A stretch of DNA of 64,000 nucleotides, taken from assembly GCF_947501405.1 (NCBI RefSeq), contig NZ_CANMVK010000004.1:112843-176842 (forward strand). The letters are read 5' to 3'. Below, piece after piece: positions 31,628 to 41,414 of the stretch; within the stretch, counting starts at the first letter, position 1, and every line of letters begins with the position of its first letter. The DNA is from an uncultured Hoeflea sp. (GTDB lineage: Bacteria > Pseudomonadota > Alphaproteobacteria > Rhizobiales > Rhizobiaceae). A program made the position numbers and the translations under genes. The notes below the pieces were generated by a model that had not been told where the DNA came from, did no database searches, and was given only the letters and a program-made list of their open reading frames with translations.

Positions 31628-32445
31628 TGCCAGAGACCAAAGCAAAAGGCGGCGCTCCAGGCGGCGTCGCCTCCTTGCCGATGTATGACTGGCCGGAGAT
31701 CCGCGCCTGGACCGACGCGCTGTGGTTAGCCTTGCGCACCCAGTTGCAACAGCGCGGCATCGCTGCGCCCGATCATCTCGAACGGCCAGAAGACCCCGAA
31801 CCTCTGTGGCTCGATCCGTCTCTGGTGCTGTCGCAGACCTGCGGCCATCCCTATGCCAACCAACTGGCCGGCAAGGTGACGCTGATCGGCGCCCCGACCT
31901 ATCCCGGCATCGGCGCAAAGCCGGGTCATTACTTCTCGGTCCTGGTCGCCCGCAAAATGGATCAACCCAGCAACCTTGGCGATCTCAGTAACAAGCGCTT
32001 TGCCTTCAACATGGCACAATCACAATCGGGTTTCGCAGCACCTGTGCGGCTTTTGGCCGACGCCGGCTGTCACTCGCGGCCCAAACCATTTGCGACCGGA
32101 GCGCACCGGGCATCCATACAGGCAGTGGCGCAGGGACAAGCCGACTGGGCGGCGATCGACGCGGTCACCTGGGAACTGGCGAAGCGGCACGAACCGGCGG
32201 CGCAAGAGCTTGACGTGTTTGCCGTAACGCCCGAGACGCCGGGGCTGCCGCTTATCTCAAGTGTGCGTTTTTACTCCCAAGCAAGCATCATCGCCGACGC
32301 CATTGACGCGGCGATTGACGATCTGTCATCCGATGTTCGTGATCACGTGTTGCCGTCAGGATTGAAGCGATTCACTCCGGCTGACTATGCGCCGCTCGCC
32401 AGGCCCCTGCCCATAGCGGCGGCCTTACCCGGCATGGCCGGCTGA
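31627..32445 (+). CDS. PhnD/SsuA-fold protein without a signal peptide
   Basis: ASLPMYD, LSQTCGHP, YFSVLV, AFN..QSQSG, TGAHRASI.AV..G.AD.AAID; no hydrophobic h-region or lipobox; TAATG overlap with the desaturase. Confidence 0.82.
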   Translation: MPETKAKGGAPGGVASLPMYDWPEIRAWTDALWLALRTQLQQRGIAAPDHLERPEDPEPLWLDPSLVLSQTCGHPYANQLAGKVTLIGAPTYPGIGAKPGHYFSVLVARKMDQPSNLGDLSNKRFAFNMAQSQSGFAAPVRLLADAGCHSRPKPFATGAHRASIQAVAQGQADWAAIDAVTWELAKRHEPAAQELDVFAVTPETPGLPLISSVRFYSQASIIADAIDAAIDDLSSDVRDHVLPSGLKRFTPADYAPLARPLPIAAALPGMAG

Positions 32446-32461
32446 TCGGGACTGGCCGGAG

Positions 32462-33493
32462 CTATCTTTCCGTCAGCTTCAACTCGATGCGCCGGTTGGT
32501 GGCGCGGTCCTCGTTGCTGTCGCCCTCAGCGATCGGTTGGAACTCGCCGAAGCCAGCGGCCACCAGGCGGTTGGCCGGAACCCCCTCGGCGATCAGATAT
32601 TTGACCACCGAAGTTGCCCGGGCACTGGATAGTTCCCAGTTGTCGGCATAGCGGCCGGTGCCCGACAGCGGCACATTGTCGGTGTGCCCGTCAACCCGCA
32701 GCACCCAGTTGATCTCCTCCGGGATCTCCCGGGACAACTCGTTGATTGCCTCCGCGAGCTTCGCCATCTGCTCTTGGCCCGCCGGGTTGAGCTCGTTACC
32801 GCCCGACGGAAACAGCACCTCGGATTGAAACACGAAACGGTCGCCCACCACCCGCACATCTTCACGGCTCGACAGGATCTCCCGCAGACGGCCGAAGAAA
32901 TCCGACCGGTAGCGGTTAAGCTCCTGTACCCGCTGCGCCAACGCCACATTGAGCCGCCGGCCCAGATCGGCGATCTTGGCCTGGGTCTCGCGGTCCTTGG
33001 ATTCCGATACGTCCAGGGCATCTTCAAGTGCTGCCAATTGAGTACGCAGCGCCGAAATCTGTTGATTGAGCAGTTCCACCTGATTGAGCGCGCGCTGCGA
33101 AACCTTCTTCTCCGCATCCAGGGTCTCGCTGAGCGTGCCAATGCGGGCCTCCGCCGCGGCACTGGCGCCCGAGCCGCTCGCCAGCAATTCCTGCAACCGC
33201 GACCGGTCGCTTTCCGCCTCGCTGAGCGACGCCTGGAGATTGGCCAGCGTATCCTCGAGATCCTGCTTGCCGGACCGCTCCAGCGCCAGCAACTGGGTGA
33301 GTTCATTGATCTGGCTGTTGAGCCGGTTCAAAACCTGGTCGCGGCCCGAAATCTCCCGTGACAGGAAAAACTGCGCCAGCACAAACACCGTCAGCAGGAA
33401 CATGATCGCCAGAAGCAGCGTCGACAGAGCGTCGACGAAGCCCGGCCAGTAATCGACCGCCCGGTCCCGCCGCCGGTTTCGCGCCAGCGCCAT
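32462..33493 (-). CDS. MotB/OmpA-like peptidoglycan-binding membrane protein
   Basis: YWPGFVDAL plus a single TM, long coiled coil, OmpA domain (RVDGHTD, NWELSSARA, NRRIEL). Confidence 0.9.
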   Translation of the reverse strand: MALARNRRRDRAVDYWPGFVDALSTLLLAIMFLLTVFVLAQFFLSREISGRDQVLNRLNSQINELTQLLALERSGKQDLEDTLANLQASLSEAESDRSRLQELLASGSGASAAAEARIGTLSETLDAEKKVSQRALNQVELLNQQISALRTQLAALEDALDVSESKDRETQAKIADLGRRLNVALAQRVQELNRYRSDFFGRLREILSSREDVRVVGDRFVFQSEVLFPSGGNELNPAGQEQMAKLAEAINELSREIPEEINWVLRVDGHTDNVPLSGTGRYADNWELSSARATSVVKYLIAEGVPANRLVAAGFGEFQPIAEGDSNEDRATNRRIELKLTER

Positions 33494-33496
33494 CGC

Positions 33497-34519
33497 CTAT
33501 TTGTCTCCGAGCTTTTCGGTCAGCTTGTCGAGCGTTTCGCGCATGCGCCGCGCTTCCACCTGTTGCGCCTCGATCCAGTCACGCAGCATCTGCTGCTCGC
33601 CGCGCATATTCTTGACCAGACCCTGAATGCCTTCGGCAAGGCTCGCCATCGCCGCGGTGGTGCGCGGGGTCACACCCGACTCCTGCGACAGCTTCTGCAT
33701 CCGCTCCGAAAGCATGCGGATTTCTTCGGTGGCGCCGGCGCCTTCGGCCGGCATTGCGATCTCGGAATCAAGATCCGTCATGGTCGACAGCCAGTTCTCA
33801 AGTTCAGTGTAAAACCGGTTCTGCGCGCGCCCAGCCTGCAGGTCGAGAAAGCCCAGGATCAATGAGCCCGCGAGGCCGAACAGGGATGACGAAAACGCGG
33901 TTCCCATTCCGTCGAGCGGCGCCGACAACCCGGTCTTCAGTGTCGAGAGCACATCTTCGGTGCCGCCGCTGCCGGGATCGAGCGACTGGATCACCTGGTT
34001 GATTGAGCCGATGGTGCCGAGCAGACCCCAGAAGGTGCCAAGCAGCCCCAGGAAAACCAAAAGCCCGATCAGATAGCGCGACGTGTCGCGCGATTCATCC
34101 AGACGGGTGGCGATCGAATCGAGGATCGAGCGCAGCGATGAGGTCGACAGCGCCATCTCCTGACGCCGTCCGATCAGCGCCCGCATCGGCGCCAGTAGTA
34201 CCGGGTCGCGACCCACTTTTTCCGCGTTTCCCGTCGCGCGCAGCGAATTGACCCACCGCACCTCCGGCCTGAGCCGCAGCACATGTGTAAACACCAGCAG
34301 CACGCCCACCGCCAGAACACCGACGATCAACCCGTTGAGACCCGGATTTGCCAGGAAAGCCGTTTGGATTTGCCGGTACAGAATGGCCGCGACGAAACCG
34401 GAGAGGATGAGGAAAATCATCATGCTCCAGAAGAAAACCATCGGACTTGAGAGCTTGTGCGGATCCGCACCGCTGCCGTCTTCGGAGATGCCCCATCCCG
34501 ACAATGTCAGTTTCGCCAT
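33497..34519 (-). CDS. MotA/TolQ/ExbB-family proton-channel protein
   Basis: LLVFLGLLGTFWGL and GMGTAFSSSLFGL channel helices, two N-terminal TMs, C-terminal coiled coil. Confidence 0.88.
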   Translation of the reverse strand: MAKLTLSGWGISEDGSGADPHKLSSPMVFFWSMMIFLILSGFVAAILYRQIQTAFLANPGLNGLIVGVLAVGVLLVFTHVLRLRPEVRWVNSLRATGNAEKVGRDPVLLAPMRALIGRRQEMALSTSSLRSILDSIATRLDESRDTSRYLIGLLVFLGLLGTFWGLLGTIGSINQVIQSLDPGSGGTEDVLSTLKTGLSAPLDGMGTAFSSSLFGLAGSLILGFLDLQAGRAQNRFYTELENWLSTMTDLDSEIAMPAEGAGATEEIRMLSERMQKLSQESGVTPRTTAAMASLAEGIQGLVKNMRGEQQMLRDWIEAQQVEARRMRETLDKLTEKLGDK

Positions 34520-34644
34520 GCGTGTTCCGTCCTGGCTGCTGCCCCAAATCATCCGATTGCGCGAACACTAACCGATAATATGGCGGAAATGAAAGCAGGC
34601 GCGTAAAACAGGGTTATCGTGGCCGCAGGGCGCAGTTCGCCGCG

Positions 34645-35445
34645 TCAGGCCGCGGGCACCGGACGCTGCACCAGCTCGAGCACACCCTTGAGAATATGCT
34701 CATTGCCCGCAGCAATCGAGCGCGTGCCGAACATGTCAGCTCCGCCGGTCGTATCGGCGACAAAACCGCCCGCTTCGCGGATCAACACGATGCCAGCGGC
34801 CATGTCCCAGGCTTCAAGCGGCTTTTCCCAAAATCCATCGATGCGGCCAGCGGCTACATAGGCCAGATCGAGAGCCGCGGCCCCCATCCGGCGAATGCCT
34901 GCGCACTCGCCCATCACATGGCGCAGTTCGACAAGGAAATTGCCATGGTGACCGCGCCCCAGATGCGGAACCCCGGTGCCGATCACCGCATCCGACATCG
35001 CCTTGCGCCCCGCCACCCGCAGACGCCGGTCGTTGAGGAAAGCCCCGCCGCCGCGCTCGGCGGTGTAAAGCTCGTCGCTGGCGGGATTGTAGATCACTCC
35101 AGCAACGATCTCGCCATTGCGTTCCAGCGCGATCGACACCGCAAAATGCGGGATGCCATGGAGAAAATTGGTGGTGCCATCGAGCGGATCGACGATCCAG
35201 CGATGCGCCCCGTCGCTGCCCGGCGTCTCGATGCTTTCCTCGCCAAGGAAGCCGTAGGTCGGACGCGCGCGCAGCAACTCGGTCTTGACGATGCTTTCGG
35301 CCTTGCGGTCGGCCTGGCTGACATAATCGCCCGGGCCCTTGAGCGAGACCTGCAGGTTCTGGACCTCGCCGAAATCGCGCGCCAGCGAGCGGCCCGCTTT
35401 CAGCGCCGCCTGCACCATGACATTAAGAAGGGCTGAACGCGCCAT
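34645..35445 (-). CDS. suhB: Inositol monophosphatase family protein SuhB
   Basis: WIVDPLDGTTNF, RRMGAAALDLAYVAAGR, WDMAAG. Confidence 0.96.
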   Translation of the reverse strand: MARSALLNVMVQAALKAGRSLARDFGEVQNLQVSLKGPGDYVSQADRKAESIVKTELLRARPTYGFLGEESIETPGSDGAHRWIVDPLDGTTNFLHGIPHFAVSIALERNGEIVAGVIYNPASDELYTAERGGGAFLNDRRLRVAGRKAMSDAVIGTGVPHLGRGHHGNFLVELRHVMGECAGIRRMGAAALDLAYVAAGRIDGFWEKPLEAWDMAAGIVLIREAGGFVADTTGGADMFGTRSIAAGNEHILKGVLELVQRPVPAA

Positions 35446-35504
35446 CTGGACTATTCCTTGATTTCGGTCGCTGGCCGCTGCTCAGAACGCGGTGGACTTT
35501 CCGC

Positions 35505-36068
35505 TCAATCCGCGCGGCGCAGATAGGTCAGTTCATTGGTGTCGACCACCACCCGCTCGCCCGAGGAGATGAAAGGCGGCACCAGAATGCGCACGCCGTT
35601 TTCAAGCACCGCCGGCTTGTAGGAAGAGGCCGCCGTCTGCCCCTTGACCACCGGATCGGCCTCGGCAATTTCGAGCGTCACATGATCGGGCAGCGCGATA
35701 CCGATCGGCCGCTCGTCGTAAAGCTCCACCGTCACCATCATGCCATCCTGCAGGAACGCGCGCCGGTCGCCGACGAATTCCTTTTGCAGTTCAAGTTGCT
35801 CGTAGCTCTCCAGATCCATGAACACCAGCGCCTCGCCCTGTTCATAGAGAAACTGGAAATCCTTTTGCTCAAGCCGGATACGCTCCACCGTTTCCGAGGC
35901 GCGAAAGCGCTCATTGAGCTTGGTGCCGTCGATCAGGTTCTTCATCTCGACCTGATTGAACGCACCGCCCTTGCCGGGCTTGACCGCATTGGTCTTGACC
36001 ACCGCCCAAAGGCCGCCATTGTGCTCAAGCACGTTGCCGGGGCGAATTTCATTTCCATTGATTTTCAT
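35505..36068 (-). CDS. efp: Elongation factor P
   Basis: [22 protein letters not shown]; start at [11 protein letters not shown]. Confidence 0.98.
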   Translation of the reverse strand: MKINGNEIRPGNVLEHNGGLWAVVKTNAVKPGKGGAFNQVEMKNLIDGTKLNERFRASETVERIRLEQKDFQFLYEQGEALVFMDLESYEQLELQKEFVGDRRAFLQDGMMVTVELYDERPIGIALPDHVTLEIAEADPVVKGQTAASSYKPAVLENGVRILVPPFISSGERVVVDTNELTYLRRAD

Positions 36069-36189
36069 GAAAGCATTCCGCGTCAAGCTGTGTCCGGGCC
36101 GACTTTCGGCGCGGTTTGGCGGCTTCAAGACCACAATTGGCCCAAGTTTTCAAGCCCGGCCGTTTCGACGCCACAACCGAGCCCGGCGA

Positions 36190-37290
36190 TCAGCGCTTGC
36201 CGAACTGGTTGGCAGCCTCGATGGCGCGCTTTTGCTCGTCTTCGGTAAGACCCTGGTAGAAATCATCCAGCGACCGGTCGTCGTAACCCGCACGCCGCGA
36301 CAGGATGTACCATTTGGCGGCCTCCACGGGGTCGCCCAGGGTGCCGATGGCGTTGATGTGCAGCACCGCCATGCGGTTTTGCGCCACCACATTGCCGCGG
36401 GTGGCAGCCACCTGCATCCAGCGGAATCCGGCCTCGTAATCCTTGTCTCCACCTATCCCGTCGATCAGCCAGATCGCGTAATCGAGCTGCGCGGTGTCAA
36501 AGCCGGCGCGAGCCGCCTTCTCCATGTACTGGCGTGCCTGCGCGCGTTTCTCGTCAGTCACGCCAGCGGTGTTGGCGTAGATTTGCGCCAACGCATATTG
36601 CGCATCCGACACGCCCTGTTCGGCGGCGCCTTCGAAATAGGGCAGCGCTTCCAGAACCCCGGCAGTCCCCGGTTTGGCCGCTACAAGAATCTGGGCGTGG
36701 TTGAACTGGGCGAAGGCGTTGCCGGCGTCGGCGGCTTTCTTCATCAAAGCCTCGGCCTTTTGCCTGTCAGGCGCGACATATCTGCCCTCAATCAGCATCA
36801 CGCCATACTTGAACTGTGCGGAAGCATCACCGCCCTCGGCCGCCTGCTGATACCAGAACGCCGCGTCATCCATGCTGCGCGACACACCAAGTCCCGAGGC
36901 GAAGAGCTCCGCCACCAGCGTCTGCGCTGCCGGATCGCCCAGTTGCGCGCGTGGCAGCGCCAGTTCCATTGCTGTCAGATAGTAGCCGCGCTGAAACGCG
37001 CCAAAGGCACGTGCGGTGGCGTCGCCGGGACTTCCTGCCGCAGCGTCCGGCGCCGTCGAAGCCGCCTCGCCGGACTGCACATCGTCGGTCTGAGCCTCCT
37101 GCGTTGCAGCCTCTTCGGTCTGCGATTCGGGCGGCTGCTCCGTAGCTGGCTGGTCCTGGGCGGCCGCCGGCTGAGCCATAACTGTCAGCGCAATAGCAAG
37201 CACCGCGCCGTATCGCGCCGCAGCGGGAGGGATCAACACAGCGGCAATTCCGCTCATATGGCGTGCAATCAAATTCATCATGCCGCGCAT
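36190..37290 (-). CDS. Secreted Sel1-repeat protein
   Basis: Signal peptide (AQPAAA-Q), acidic linker, at least five Sel1 repeats (e.g. WYQQAAEGGDASAQFKYG); start may be 37257. Confidence 0.9.
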   Translation of the reverse strand: MRGMMNLIARHMSGIAAVLIPPAAARYGAVLAIALTVMAQPAAAQDQPATEQPPESQTEEAATQEAQTDDVQSGEAASTAPDAAAGSPGDATARAFGAFQRGYYLTAMELALPRAQLGDPAAQTLVAELFASGLGVSRSMDDAAFWYQQAAEGGDASAQFKYGVMLIEGRYVAPDRQKAEALMKKAADAGNAFAQFNHAQILVAAKPGTAGVLEALPYFEGAAEQGVSDAQYALAQIYANTAGVTDEKRAQARQYMEKAARAGFDTAQLDYAIWLIDGIGGDKDYEAGFRWMQVAATRGNVVAQNRMAVLHINAIGTLGDPVEAAKWYILSRRAGYDDRSLDDFYQGLTEDEQKRAIEAANQFGKR

Positions 37291-37943
37291 TATCGCTCGA
37301 ACCGTGGCGCTTTTTCGTCAAGCACGGCGTTGATTTCAGCCACGATGCGCGGCGCGGAGGCCGGGTCGCTGAACACGGCCTGACCAAGAGCGATGAACTC
37401 CGCCCCGGTGGCGGCCATTTCTTCAATGAAGGCAACGCTGGAGCCGCCCATCAGAACGCACGGAATCTCGATCATATCGGCCCACCACTCAGCCAACGCC
37501 AGGTTCTTGGGGTGCGGTTCGGGTTTGATATCCCCGTTGATTGCGCCGAACATCACATAATCGGGCTGGGTTTCGCCAATCGCCAGAGCCGCATGGCGTT
37601 CGCGCGCATTGCCGCCGCCCACGATCAGTCCCGGCGCGTGACGCTCGACCGCTTCGGCCATGGCTGCCGGCCCAACCTCGATATGCAACCCGTCGGCCCG
37701 AACGCGGCCGGCCACGCGTGTATCGCCCGCGACCAGCGCCGCAGCGCCCGCCGACTGCACCACGGGGATCACCGCTTCGCAACGCCGCTGAAAGCTCTTC
37801 TCCTCCAGCCCATGCTGCGGAATGATCACCGATGCCACGTCGCCGCCCCGCAGTGCATCGTCGACGATCCGCCCGAGCTCCCCGGCATCTTCAATATCGG
37901 GAGTGACCAGAACGAGACGGCAGCGATTGATGGGGTCGGTCAT
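37290..37943 (-). CDS. Thiamine-phosphate-synthase-fold protein (ThiE/TenI-like, degenerate)
   Basis: ADGLH, DYVMFG, IPCVLMGG, FIALG pattern of the ThiE TIM barrel, with catalytic motifs altered. Confidence 0.8.
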   Translation of the reverse strand: MTDPINRCRLVLVTPDIEDAGELGRIVDDALRGGDVASVIIPQHGLEEKSFQRRCEAVIPVVQSAGAAALVAGDTRVAGRVRADGLHIEVGPAAMAEAVERHAPGLIVGGGNARERHAALAIGETQPDYVMFGAINGDIKPEPHPKNLALAEWWADMIEIPCVLMGGSSVAFIEEMAATGAEFIALGQAVFSDPASAPRIVAEINAVLDEKAPRFER

Positions 37944-38042
37944 AAAAGGTCCTGCGAAAATGCCTGCGGCACGGAGAAAGCCGATATGGCCAAACAATTT
38001 CAAACGGGATAGACCGGCGCGACACAAGGATCAACCGCCCCG

Positions 38043-38819
38043 ATGATGACAGACCCGCTCTTCTACGCCGCCGCCATTCCGGCCGTGATCATGGTGGGGC
38101 TGTCAAAGGGAGGGTTTGGCGGCGCCATGGCGTTGCTCGGCGTGCCGCTGATGGCGTTGACGATCCCTCCAGTGCAGGCCGCCGCCATCCTGCTTCCGAT
38201 CCTTATCGTGATGGACATGGTCACACTGTGGACCTGGCGCAAACACTGGGACAAGACGAGCCTGATCATCATGGTGCCCGGCGCGATCATCGGCATTACA
38301 ATCGGTTGGGCCACCGCTGCCTGGGTAACCGACCCGATGATCCGCCTGATTGTCGGCGTCGTCGCGCTGTGGTTTGTCGCGCGCTACGTGCAGCTCACGC
38401 TGGCGGCCAGACGCAAGGCGAGCGCTCCGCCGCCGCGCGGCCATCAGCCGGTCAAGGGCGCGCTGTGGGGTACGCTTGCAGGCTTTACCAGCTTCGTCTC
38501 CCATGCCGGCGGCCCACCCTACCAGATCTACACTTTGCCGCTCAGGCAGGATCCCAAGACCTACACCGGCACCAGCGTGCGGTTCTTCGCCATCATCAAC
38601 GCCATCAAACTGGCGCCCTATTTCGCACTCGGCCAGTTCGACGCAACCAACCTCTCCACCTCTCTGGCGTTAGCCCCGATCGCCCCGGTGGCGACCCTGG
38701 CCGGCGCCTATATCGTCAAGCGGATGAAGCCCGAGATTTTCTATCCCTTCATGTACGCGATGGTGTTTCTCACTTCGCTCAAGCTGATATGGGACGGCGC
38801 CGTTCACCTTTTGGCGTGA
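38043..38819 (+). CDS. TauE/SafE-family exporter
   Basis: GLSKGGFGG, AGFTSFVSHAGGPP, multiple TMs. Confidence 0.92.
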   Translation: MMTDPLFYAAAIPAVIMVGLSKGGFGGAMALLGVPLMALTIPPVQAAAILLPILIVMDMVTLWTWRKHWDKTSLIIMVPGAIIGITIGWATAAWVTDPMIRLIVGVVALWFVARYVQLTLAARRKASAPPPRGHQPVKGALWGTLAGFTSFVSHAGGPPYQIYTLPLRQDPKTYTGTSVRFFAIINAIKLAPYFALGQFDATNLSTSLALAPIAPVATLAGAYIVKRMKPEIFYPFMYAMVFLTSLKLIWDGAVHLLA

Positions 38820-38867
38820 TGACAGCCGCGCCCGCAAATGGTTTGATGCGCCAAAGACGCCAACACC

Positions 38868-40538
38868 ATGCACGGGACCAAGAGCTTGAGCGCCAATCCT
38901 TATGAAACCGACCTCAACCGCAACGCCGCCAATTACCAGCCACTGACGCCCCTTGCGCATCTCGAACGCGCCGCTCTGATCCATCCCGATCACACCGCCA
39001 TCATCCATGGCGCCTTGCGGGTGAGCTACCGCGAGTTCCTGGAGCGCTCAAAACGGCTCGCAAACGCGCTGACCGGGCTTGGGATCAGCAAGGGCGACAC
39101 GGTGTCGGTGATGCTGTCGAACACGCCGGCCATGCTCGAAGCCCATCACGGCGTGCCGATGACCGGCGCGGTGCTGCATTCGATCAACACCCGGCTCGAC
39201 GCGCAGGCGATCGCCTTTCAGCTCGATCACGCCGAAACCAAGGTGCTGATCGTCGACCGTGAGTTTTCCGCCGTCATGGCCGAAGCGCTGAGCCAGGCCG
39301 AGGCTCAGCCGGTGGTGATTGATTACGATGATGCCGAATATCCAGACGACGCGCCGTTTCCCAAGGGCGCGTGCATCGGAACTTTGGACTATGAGGATTT
39401 CGTCCTCGCTGCATCGCCGGAGTTCACTCGTTCCATTCCCGGCGACGAATGGGATTCGGTGTCGCTCAACTACACCTCCGGCACCACCGGCAACCCCAAG
39501 GGCGTGGTCTATCATCACCGCGGCGCGGCGCTGATGGGCTATTCCAATGTCATCGCCTCGGGCATGGGCCGGCATCCGGTCTATCTGTGGACGCTGCCGA
39601 TGTTTCACTGCAATGGCTGGTGTTTTCCCTGGACGCTGGGTGTGATGGGCGGAACCCATGTCTGCCTGCGCTGGGTGCGCGCGAAGGCCATGTACGATGC
39701 CATCGCCGATCATGGCGTGACCCATCTGTGCGGTGCTCCGATTGTCATGGCGACGCTGCTCAACGCGCCGGATCACGAAAAGCGCGACTTCTCCCAGACC
39801 GTCAGCTTCAACACCGCAGCAGCTCCCCCGCCCGAAGCCGTGCTTGCCGGCATGGCCGATGCGGGCTTTGAAGTGGTCCATCTTTACGGTCTCACCGAGA
39901 CCTACGGCCCCGCGGTCGTCAATGAGTGGAAAGCGGAATGGTCTGAGCTCGACCGCGCCGGCCGCACCACCAAGAAAGCGCGGCAGGGTGTGCGCTATCC
40001 GGCGCTCGAGGATCTGGCGGTGATGAACCCCGAAACCATGGAGAAAACGCCTGCAGACGGTGAAACCATCGGCGAGGTGATGTTCCGCGGCAACATCGTC
40101 ATGAAGGGCTATCTCAAGAACCCGTCGGCCAGCGCCGAGGCGTTTCGCGGCGGCTGGTTCCACTCCGGAGACCTCGGCGTCATGCACCCCGATGGCTACC
40201 TGCAGCTCAAGGACCGCTCCAAGGACATCATCATCTCCGGTGGCGAGAACATTTCTTCCATCGAGGTCGAGGACGCGCTCTACAAGCATCCGTCAATCAT
40301 GGCGGCGGCCGTGGTGGCGCGTCCCGACGACAAATGGGGAGAGACCCCTTGCGCCTTCGTCGAGCTGCGCCCCGGCGCGACGCTCAGCGAGGCGGACGTC
40401 ATCGAGCATTGCCGCAGTTTGCTGGCGCGCTTCAAATGCCCGCGTTCGGTGATCTTCCGCGAGGTGCCCAAGACATCGACCGGAAAAATCCAGAAATTCC
40501 TGCTGCGCGACGAAGCGAGGTCACTCGACGCCAAATGA
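38868..40538 (+). CDS. Acyl-CoA synthetase (AMP-binding)
   Basis: YTSGTTGNPKG, YGLTE, WFHSGDLG, DRSKDIIISGGEN, PKTSTGKIQK. Confidence 0.95.
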   Translation: MHGTKSLSANPYETDLNRNAANYQPLTPLAHLERAALIHPDHTAIIHGALRVSYREFLERSKRLANALTGLGISKGDTVSVMLSNTPAMLEAHHGVPMTGAVLHSINTRLDAQAIAFQLDHAETKVLIVDREFSAVMAEALSQAEAQPVVIDYDDAEYPDDAPFPKGACIGTLDYEDFVLAASPEFTRSIPGDEWDSVSLNYTSGTTGNPKGVVYHHRGAALMGYSNVIASGMGRHPVYLWTLPMFHCNGWCFPWTLGVMGGTHVCLRWVRAKAMYDAIADHGVTHLCGAPIVMATLLNAPDHEKRDFSQTVSFNTAAAPPPEAVLAGMADAGFEVVHLYGLTETYGPAVVNEWKAEWSELDRAGRTTKKARQGVRYPALEDLAVMNPETMEKTPADGETIGEVMFRGNIVMKGYLKNPSASAEAFRGGWFHSGDLGVMHPDGYLQLKDRSKDIIISGGENISSIEVEDALYKHPSIMAAAVVARPDDKWGETPCAFVELRPGATLSEADVIEHCRSLLARFKCPRSVIFREVPKTSTGKIQKFLLRDEARSLDAK

Positions 40539-40653
40539 CCGGGTCAACGGCAAACTGGATGCAGGGAAAGCGGCCTTTTCACGCGTGGGAATGGCGGTCT
40601 GGCAAACTGCCGGAACCGGTTTTTCCACGCCTCATACCAATTGGAGCCCGCCC

Positions 40654-40911
40654 ATGACCGTGGATGCTTTTCAAGCTATTGCCGATCCCAACCGCCGATA
40701 CCTGCTTGAAGAGCTGCGCCGAGGCCCGCGCACTGTCAATGAACTGGCCGAGGGCCTCCCGATCAGCCGGCCGGCGGTGTCGCAACATCTCAAGGCCTTG
40801 CTCGACAGCGGATTGGTCACGGCCGAGAACCGGGGCACCAGCCGCGTTTACACGGTGCGGATCGAGGGCTTCATGCATCTCAATCTCTGGATTGACCAAT
40901 TCTGGTCCTGA
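40654..40911 (+). CDS. ArsR/SmtB-family transcriptional regulator
   Basis: FQAIADPNRRYLL, ISRPAVSQHLKAL..SGLV; no Cys metal site. Confidence 0.9.
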   Translation: MTVDAFQAIADPNRRYLLEELRRGPRTVNELAEGLPISRPAVSQHLKALLDSGLVTAENRGTSRVYTVRIEGFMHLNLWIDQFWS

Positions 40912-40964
40912 CTGCCCCTGAACCGGCCCGGTCTTTCAGCGGCAAAATCTCTCGGCACAAGCGC

Positions 40965-41001
40965 AAAAACAAAGAGCGCGGGAGAAGTCCCCCCGCGCTC
41001 T
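40965..41001 (-). terminator. Terminator of the minus-strand DUF465 gene
   Basis: AGAGCGCGGG/CCCGCGCTCT stem with a TTGTTTTT tail on the minus strand. Confidence 0.7.
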
Positions 41002-41027
41002 GTCATCAGGCTGTCATGCAATTCTGG

Positions 41028-41204
41028 TCAATGTTCGGTGTCAGACCTCAGACGGTTGATCTCGTCTTTGAGACGCAGCTTACGGCGCTTGATATCCACG
41101 ATGGCTTCATCATGGGCTGACGGTTGTCCAAGCACGGAACGGAGTTCGGCTTCCAGTTCACCATGCTTCTTTTCAAGCGATGCAAGATGAGCGTCAATCG
41201 ACAT
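41028..41204 (-). CDS. DUF465 (YdcH-family) small protein, 58 aa
   Basis: HLASLEKKHGELE...IKRRKLRLKDEI; GGAG RBS; the 275-aa ORF-track call is an over-extension. Confidence 0.88.
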   Translation of the reverse strand: MSIDAHLASLEKKHGELEAELRSVLGQPSAHDEAIVDIKRRKLRLKDEINRLRSDTEH

Positions 41205-41414
41205 GGGCGACTCCTTTGTTTGGATGCGCCGGCGCCGGAACACCGGAGCAGAGTTTTTGACACGAAGCAGTGTGCCACGGCTTTTTCCGTTTGTCGAAGG
41301 TGATTTCTTGCATGGGGATAACTTCCCGTTACCACCAATTCTGTGATAGGAGCCCCGAAACGATAAAAAGGTCGGACCTGGGCGCCGACAGGATGCGTGA
41401 GACGGGGAAACTGC

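Noticed and set aside
41205-41414. TGGCAC near 41270 as a sigma54 promoter
   Set aside because: Reads TGGCAC-N5-TTCG, lacking the required -12 GC; I found no convincing -24/-12 site near tacA or DUF882 either
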